From NCBI GenBank assembly GCA_030141605.1, contig JAQGDQ010000070.1, positions 310,001-374,000 on the forward strand: 64,000 bases of DNA, given 5' to 3'. A program made the translations under genes and the position numbers. This DNA comes from Tubiluchus corallicola (Eukaryota > Animalia > Priapulida). Positions 55,736 to 64,000 of this stretch are shown here, piece after piece. The notes beneath the pieces are model-generated. The model made no database searches. It worked only from the letters and a program-made list of their open reading frames with translations, and was not told the origin of the DNA. The stretch's first letter is position 1; each line of letters starts with the position of its first letter.

Positions 55736-57411
55736 CACGAGTCGCTTGTTATATCAATTTAGCTGTGTTCTTTGAAGTCGTGCAAAGTATTAGCAACCCT
55801 AGAAAACGCAAAATCGATAGTTCTCTGACTTTGACAATGACAACAATTTCTTACCTCTGTGTGTCTCATTTGAAATCGACAGTTTGTCTTTATTCCTGCC
55901 TAAAATAAACGAGTCAAACACTAATAATTTAAACTGAATTATTATTTTACTTAATCGTTGGAAAATCGTTCAAAAATTAGAAGTGATTTTTCCTGCATTC
56001 TAACATTTCCTCGGCCTTGTCTAACCACTTAGAGTATGGCGAAAATTATAGCGTATTCATAAATGGTGTATTTTAATGAATATGTTTCTTTTTTCTCCTA
56101 GAAAGATATCATGTACATGCCTTTCAGGCTGCTATTACTCTGTAAATTTATTGAACTTTATTTACACTTTTAATAAAATCTTGGTAATGAAAATCTTGTT
56201 AGCTATTTTCAAGGATTCCACTTTTCCGCAAAGCATTTATGAACTAAAGATTTTTTATGTAAGGAACTCGGGTTTAGTTCAGAAATATAAACATGTTTTT
56301 ATGCGCCATAAATGCTTGAAGAGTTAAGTTAAAGCAACCTGAAATAACTTGATTATCAGGCTGATTTGGATTTATTTAGACGAGCATAGTTAGTGCTTAG
56401 CTCGTGTTTTACTAGCACAATAATGTCGGCAAGTTTTTAGCCCAAACACGTTAACGCAATGCGCAAAACCATTCTCCCAAACTGATATTTTAATCCACGT
56501 TATTTTAAAATTGCTAAAACGTTAAAAAGTATGGCTCTGCCATCAATACATTAATCCATTTGATGTTCAAGGTGTTGAAATTTCAAAAGCTGTAGAGTTG
56601 AAAGACAAATTGAAAGTGCAATTGTTGAAGGCTACGATGGGTTAAAACTTAGAACAAAGTCGTGTTATTAGCACGTAAATAAACGATCTGTCGCCGCAAC
56701 TTTGATATTACTGCGCTGTCTGATCATAAACCATCAAAAATTCAACAATTTCCTTAATGCGTGAAACTAGCAGTGTTAAATTGCGTTTCAGAAAACGCAG
56801 CTGCTAAATCTCCCTCTCTTCGCTTCATCTTTAACAACTCTATCTTATTGTAATTAACTTTGCTGCAATTTTTCTCTGCATTTTAAAATCTCGAAGTACA
56901 GTGTATTAGATTTATATAATTTTAAACGTGCAAATAATTTTATGGTGATTATGATGCGCTCGTTGATATGGAGACTTAAATTTCAAGTGTATTTATAATT
57001 TTGTAAAGATTGTGATGTTCATACAGGCAAAAGTTTGAAGAAAAGTTACGCTATGAAGTATTATATACAATACATAGACTGAAAATTTGGTCACAACCAA
57101 CGTATAGTACCTGTTATATCAAACTAACATGTAAAATTTTCAGCTCTGCGTTTGGTAAATGTTTGGTTCAAAGATGGAGACACACAGAACTTCAAATAGC
57201 CTTACAAGATCTGAGAATTTTGCAACTATAAATCTATCACTTGTAATTGTTCTTATTTCTTCATTATAATATATGTAAATTCCTATAATTAGTCAGGTAT
57301 TTTGAATCCCTAGAGCTTGGTCATGTTGTTGTTGTGGTGGTGGTGGTGGTTGTTGCCATTGCAGTTGCAGTTGGTGTTGCGGTTGCTGTTGCCATTGCTG
57401 TTGCTGTTGCT

Positions 57412-57442
<31 letters not shown>

Positions 57443-57550
57443 CTGGTGCTGGTATTGGTGCTGATGCTGTGGCTGTGAGTTAACACCCATTCTAGTAAAC
57501 CAACGTTTTAAACTTGCTTTTGTATGCAAAATTAAAACATAGTATTTTCA

Positions 57551-57563
57551 TGACGTCACTTCC
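57551..57563. promoter_or_regulatory. Full CRE palindrome abutting an ETS core (GGAAGTGACGTCA on -)
   Basis: Exact TGACGTCA followed by CTTCC, 2.6 kb upstream of the NR2 start codon. Confidence 0.35.
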
Positions 57564-58114
57564 CCGCAGCTGTGACGGGATGCTACATGCAGATATCTAT
57601 GCAAAGCCGCAGTTTGATAGTGTCTTATTGCAAATTCTAATCCTGAAGTATTAAGCACACTTTCAATCCATCAAATCAATAAGGATTATCAGAACACTCG
57701 GCGTGTTTCGAATTAAAGACGTAACCCCATACGCCAACACAGCTCAATTAATACCCTTCACTCGAGTCATCTGCCTGAGAAAATAGAGGCTGGCAAGATA
57801 TGGTAAGAGTAAGAGCTCGCAGCCTTATCGAAAAAGCACATTCCGGTGGAGCATTAATTATGCCTCTCTGCAATCCCGAATTTAGCATTTACGACAAAAA
57901 CGACGACAACGACGATGACGACGATGATAATTATGAACAAGAATGACGCTGTTGTTGCCATTGCTACTTTTGCTGCTACTGTTCTTGTTGTTGCTTTTGC
58001 ATCTGTCACTACTGTGGTTATTTGTTGCTGTGAATGTTATTATTGCTCTTATTTTTGTATTTGTTGTTGTTGCTACTACTGCTACTGTTGCTTTTGCTGT
58101 TGCTGTTGCTGTAA

Positions 58115-58845
<731 letters not shown>

Positions 58846-59224
58846 AAATATATTAGTAGGATGAAGAGGAGGAGGAGGAGGAAGAAGAAGAAAAAGAAGA
58901 AGAAGAAGAAGAGAACGAGGAGGTGGAAGAGGAGTAGAGGACAAGGAAGAACAACAGCAGCAACAATTTGAATATGTTCTTGCTATTATTGTTGTTGTTA
59001 GGTGTTTTAGTTGTCGATACTGTTGCTGCTGTTACCGTTATTCTGTTACTGATACGGCCCGTGCTATCAGCCGCTGTTTTTGTTGTTGATGCTACACTGT
59101 CTTCATTGGAGTCGCTGTATTCATTGTGCTAAAACGTCGTACAAAGAAAAAATATAAGTAGTTTTCAGTTTCGAACAAATTCGTTTATACCTTTGCCAAC
59201 ATTACGGATAATGAAATTACATAC

Positions 59225-60462
59225 CATATAATCCTACCGACGCAATGGTTTCATGTATGGCCTTATAGCTGGCAGGTAGGGAGGGCGTTACGGGTGGTGA
59301 CAATAAAGGTTCAACAGGCGACGATGGGGTTGTAGGCGGTGTACAATTTCGGAGGTGTGGCTTCAGCCACCTACACCCAGCCAAAGGGGCGTCGCCCGCA
59401 GCCACATCATTTGAAACACTGAAGTAAAAAAGTGAAAATAATTATTTCAGAATTCGTTATATTAGACGCGTCTTTTGTGATAAACGTGATAATGGTCTGC
59501 AATTAGGTACAAATGTCTATATAGCTTCAAATGTCTGCTAAATTAGTTTCCGCTATAGGCCTGCTGCTACATCTAAGAATGTAAATAATACTGACAAAGA
59601 ATGTTGTACGTACAAATTGATGTTTGGTAAAACATTCTTGTTTCTAAAATATTGTTTCGGTGCCTTTACACCGATTATTTGTAAATCGATGTTTTTCTTC
59701 ATGCTTCTAGAATCCTGCAGTTAATAAAAAAACATCATTTATCGTCAGCTATAATGAATTTTTCGGGTCTTAATTTTGCTCTTATCTTAATCTTAATCTT
59801 AATTTTCATCTGATCATGTACAAAAACAATGGAAATTATTGAAAACAGGACACATTCACTGTATGAGTCAAATAAATGAGCTCTATGCTTTATTCTTTGT
59901 CAGTTTTTCTTTTTTTCCCAGTAAGTTGTTTTACGCCAATGGTACAAATGGTACATCAATCCCTGGATGGATCAGTGACTTGGTTTTTTTCAACTGGCAC
60001 AGTGATTTGGTGGATACTTAATTAGTATTGGTCAGTCGTCAGTGGTTCACCTGTCTGGTCACTAATCGTCAGTCTTCAAGCCGTCAAATCAAAGGTCACA
60101 CCTATGCCTCAGGCTGTTGTTGCGCTACATCAAGATGACGCTAGAAGCAACAGTCGTTGTCATGCTACAATATGGCATCGCCCGCTTATCGCCTAATGAT
60201 TTCTGGTAAATTTTACCTTACAAGCTGTACGAAATTAAATTTGATGAACTTTTGTAGTTATTGCCAAGCCTTTTAAATAAACAGCGTATTTTAAAGTTAA
60301 TAAACTTGCCTCTAGGCGAGTGTTCATGGCATGATGCTTTTTCACTAGTGGCCTCGACACTAACCGTCTCTCACTTCTTGGAGGAGGATGAGGCGTAAGT
60401 TGATGAGAGACGTCGGGGTCCGGGACGTTAATTATAGTCGGAACGATGTATCTTCTCGACAT
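59225..60462 (-). CDS. Candidate small Pro-rich spliced ORF (exons 60462-60365 and 59418-59225; last exon uncertain), about 100 aa, unknown function
   Basis: TATA-like box at 60540-60547, ATG at 60462, donor CG|gttagt, acceptor ttttttacttcag|, donor G|gtatgt. Phases are compatible and both segments are GC-richer than their flanks. Confidence 0.4.
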
Positions 60463-60539
60463 TATGGTAAATAAATGCAAATTTCGAAATATAACGCTGT
60501 TGGTTTCAGAATAGAAACGATCGCAGTTCACGCTTGAAC

Positions 60540-60602
60540 TTTATATAAATACCTGTATCACGGTAACTATAGAGTACGTCACAGCCCAGTTTTGATGACG
60601 TC
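60540..60602 (-). promoter_or_regulatory. Putative core promoter: TATATAAA plus two CRE-like TGACGT sites
   Basis: TATATAAA (-) at 60540-60547, about 80 nt upstream of ATG 60462; ACGTCA at 60576-60581 and TGACGTC at 60596-60602. Confidence 0.35.
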
Positions 60603-62639
60603 TGTTTAGCTGCTGCCCAACCCAGTATATTAAACAGTAAGCACAAAATAATATCCCACAACAAATAATATATTGTTGTTGTTATCGTTGTTGCTATTTT
60701 TATTAAGAATTTATTTGACTATACTAAAAATGTGTAAACTAATTTTAATCAAGTGAAGTCCTTCGCGTAGAAATGAACCTAATAGTAAAATCAGTAAAAT
60801 CCAATGTTACTGATGGTGAATTAGTTCTCAGCAAAACTAGAATAAGCTAATGTTATGAAATCTACATATTTAAATTCTTCATTGTGTTATAATTTAAGTT
60901 TCAATTAAATTTTTTAGTTTAATGTTATTCTTTGTATCATCTTCTAGACATGCACAAAAAGTGGCTTACAGTTGCTAATAAAATTAAATTATAGAGACAC
61001 AAGCTTACTATTTTTCAAAAATTAAAAAGAATAAACAGTTAAAAAATATTTACGTAAATTACATACGCTAAAAGTATATTAAAAATTCGTTCTAATGGAG
61101 CATATAAAAACATTGGTTAAATACTTGTTTTAGGAGACTTAGCAGAGTTTAAAATACGGCATTTAAGATTACACGTACAAACAGCGTTTATGAAGCGGTT
61201 TTCGGACTGTTTTGGGAAAGCTAGGTCACACCATTAAGAAGAACAACCGAGCTATCCCATAGTGCACCACATTCCTTGCAATTCATAGAACATTTATATT
61301 TAATCCTTATGAACTTTCCGTTAGTGCCTAATCTATTAAAAAGCAAAAAAGGGCACAAGAAGAAAGAAAAGACAGCGAAATCGCATAGACTCCCAAATCA
61401 AGGCTTACTAAACAAGCTTGGACAGGGGAGAAGAACTCTCGTAAGGCTGATTTAATCAGCGGTTCATCCTGTTTAAAATTCTTATTCTTAAGGAAAAACC
61501 GGACGGAATCTTAACCTGTCTAGTTCAGAAAAATCTACCTTACTAATTAGATGGGCACTATAGCGCCTACATCTCGGATACGCGTTGCACAAAAACAGTT
61601 GCTGTACTTCTCAGTTCAGAGGTGTTTAGTTGTGACGTGATGCACACACTTTTGAGAGATCATTGAGCTCAGCGGTAAATTTGAAATTTCAATTTTAAAC
61701 TTAAAATTTGCCGAGTTTCTATTTATTACACAGAATGTTATACAGTAGTACTGTACCTCAATTTTCGCTTTCGCAAACAAGCTCACAGAATGTTTGTGCT
61801 GTTGAAAATTATGTTTATTTGTGATGTCATCAATAGTTGGGCTCTAACACCACTAATTAAGGTTTTAACCTATTATTTAATTATCAGAAACGCTTTTCCA
61901 GTATTATTGGCGTTAAAATGTACACCTTTTACCGTATATTTAAATGGGATAGGATATGAAAAAATCATCCTGCTTTCCATTAGGGCAGGCTCTCCATATC
62001 GTACAATAAAAAAAAGCAAGAGATAATCAACGTTTGTCGTCTCTAATTAAGTTTCGTAAATATTCCGCTAACTTTGTCCTGATTTTACATCAATGGACAA
62101 CATTTCAAGAGTTCAAATTCTTTGAAACACCTTTGAGACCACAGTAAAGACCTAAATACAACCATCGTGGTTACGAAGTTGCATTGCTATGGTATACAGT
62201 GTCCACGCTGACAAGTTTCTGATGTAGCTCGTCCATTGGAACTCTCACAACAAAATCGTAACTCTAACCTAGTACTTTAGCTAATGAAGCCACTAGCAAG
62301 TTTTTTGCCCCATTTGCTCCACAGAGTTGTGGAAAGGTATCCGGGAGTCTGAAACCGTACCCAACCGGATTTACTCGACCATCGTTTACAGTAGCAAGCA
62401 TTAGTGCAAATGGCGTTCGCTTCTAGGTAAACAATTATTCGAGTTGAATTGACTCGAATTTTAACACTTGTGAATGCCATGATGCCGGAGGCGTTGGGGG
62501 AAGCCGGCGAAATGATAACAGATGGATGAACGGACGCGCATGCGATGATCAAATATACATAATAGAAAAGGGAAGGAAAAAAGAAAGAATTTTCGTCATC
62601 GTCATCACGATGACGGAGTAAGAGAAAGATGAAGAGAGC

Positions 62640-62651
62640 GAGGGGGAGAGT

Positions 62652-62691
<40 letters not shown>

Positions 62692-62940
62692 GAGAAAGAA
62701 AAAGACAGAATAGAAAGAGAATGAACAAGAGATAGAGACAGAAAAATAGAAAGACACACAGAGAAAAAGACAAAAATAGAGAAAGAGAGACAGATAGGCA
62801 GATAAACAGACAGACAGGCAAGGAGGCGCATAAACAGGAAACGACAAGAAAAAAGCAAGAGTAAAAAAGAGAGAGAGATGGAGAGAGGGGGAGAGAGTAG
62901 AGGGAGAAGGGGGAAAGAGAGGCGAAAAGAAAAAGATAAA
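62640..62940. repeat. GA-rich low-complexity tract
   Basis: Direct reading. Confidence 0.85.
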
Positions 62941-63818
62941 TTAAGAGAATGTGAATGCTCCTGGGAAGTATTTCCAAGGCCGTGTTTAGGCAAACATGAA
63001 TGTATAATCCAGACTGGTTGACGTTTGGTCTACCAGCTATGCATGTCCCGAAGGCAAGCATTGCTGCGGGGTATCGCTTAAGCAGGCATCTGGAATGAGT
63101 GTAGGTCAGTTTACACCGGGTTAATTCGATTTATTTTAAGACTGCAATTACAACTTCTTCGATCTTAAGCGAACTTTTCAATACGTTTTAATAATTGCAC
63201 TTGAATTGCATGAAGATTTAAAATTTCCAAACCATATTATTTATAGTACTATTCCCCGATAAGCTTCGGATTCAAGCATAGTTGCATTTCACGCCAAAAT
63301 CTTTTTAATCTATTTATAAATGACGGTATTAAAACACTTGACGATGCATGTAATTCTTCATTTCTAAATAAAAATATAATTCTCTTATTTTGTATGTTGT
63401 ATTGTCATTGTTATGCTGTCTTTCTTTTGTGTATGCCAATGAGCAGTATGTGCGCAGTATTATGGTAAAATCATAATGATAAATGATTTTGTCTTCCTAC
63501 ATGCGTCTTAGGACGATGGTAAAGAATCGACTTTCCTAACAATTCTAAAACAGATGCCCGCCAATTCAAACAAGACGTGCAATGCGTTCAATAGTTGTCT
63601 GTATCAAGAAACTGGGACAAACTTCGGCAGGCCTGAAGGATCCTTCATATCTCGTTATGAAGGATGTCCCTTAGCTGAGACGCTAAACTTGGTCCATACG
63701 GGCACTTTCGGATAACTGTTCGTTCTCACTTAAAGATGGATTGATAAATATAACGAGAGAATTTGCTGAAGCTCGGTGATTCTCGTAGCACCGTTACAGT
63801 GTAGCTCTCATAGCAGTG

Positions 63819-63821
<3 letters not shown>

Positions 63822-63912
<91 letters not shown>
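63822..63912. repeat. (GA)n microsatellite
   Basis: Direct reading. Confidence 0.97.
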
Positions 63913-63913
<1 letters not shown>

Positions 63914-64000
63914 AATATCAACTCTTTTAAGTGTTAAAGATAATTTCCAGAAATTTCTCAATGCTTACACGAAATTTTTACTGTAATGTATAGAAACAAT

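Noticed and set aside
62277-63061. 238-aa and 170-aa hydrophobic minus-strand ORFs
   Set aside because: Largely produced by the GA-rich tract; the non-repetitive part has no recognisable motif

Overview
AT-rich, microsatellite-rich eukaryotic genomic DNA from an invertebrate. Protostome origin is inferred only from the resemblance of the receptor to invertebrate NR2 proteins. Three protein-coding genes were reconstructed by hand with canonical GT-AG introns and consistent phases. (1) A 9-exon tandem-repeat (two-CRD) galectin on + (2642-13995, 330 aa); both CRDs deviate from the canonical galactoside-binding motif and are joined by a Pro/Gly/Tyr-rich linker. (2) A convergent carbohydrate 6-O-sulfotransferase (CHST family) catalytic exon on - (14436-15457); its 5' exon(s) are unresolved. 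(3) A complete 15-exon NMDA-receptor NR2/GluN2-type subunit on - (54913-22513, 1094 aa). The most striking signal is in the NR2 gene. It keeps the glutamate-binding residues, but the near-invariant M3 gate SYTANLAAF reads SYTANLIKF (Lys at the Lurcher position) and the pore N/Q/R site is Ala. Also notable are an 84-bp palindrome carrying a poly(A) signal on each strand between the convergent galectin and sulfotransferase, and a candidate small Pro-rich spliced ORF upstream of NR2. Introns and intergenic DNA contain tRNA- and 5S-derived SINE-like copies, several MITE-like elements, LINE fossils and long simple repeats. Most ORFs in the supplied track are repeat artefacts. No database searches were run; family assignments rest on motif recognition.
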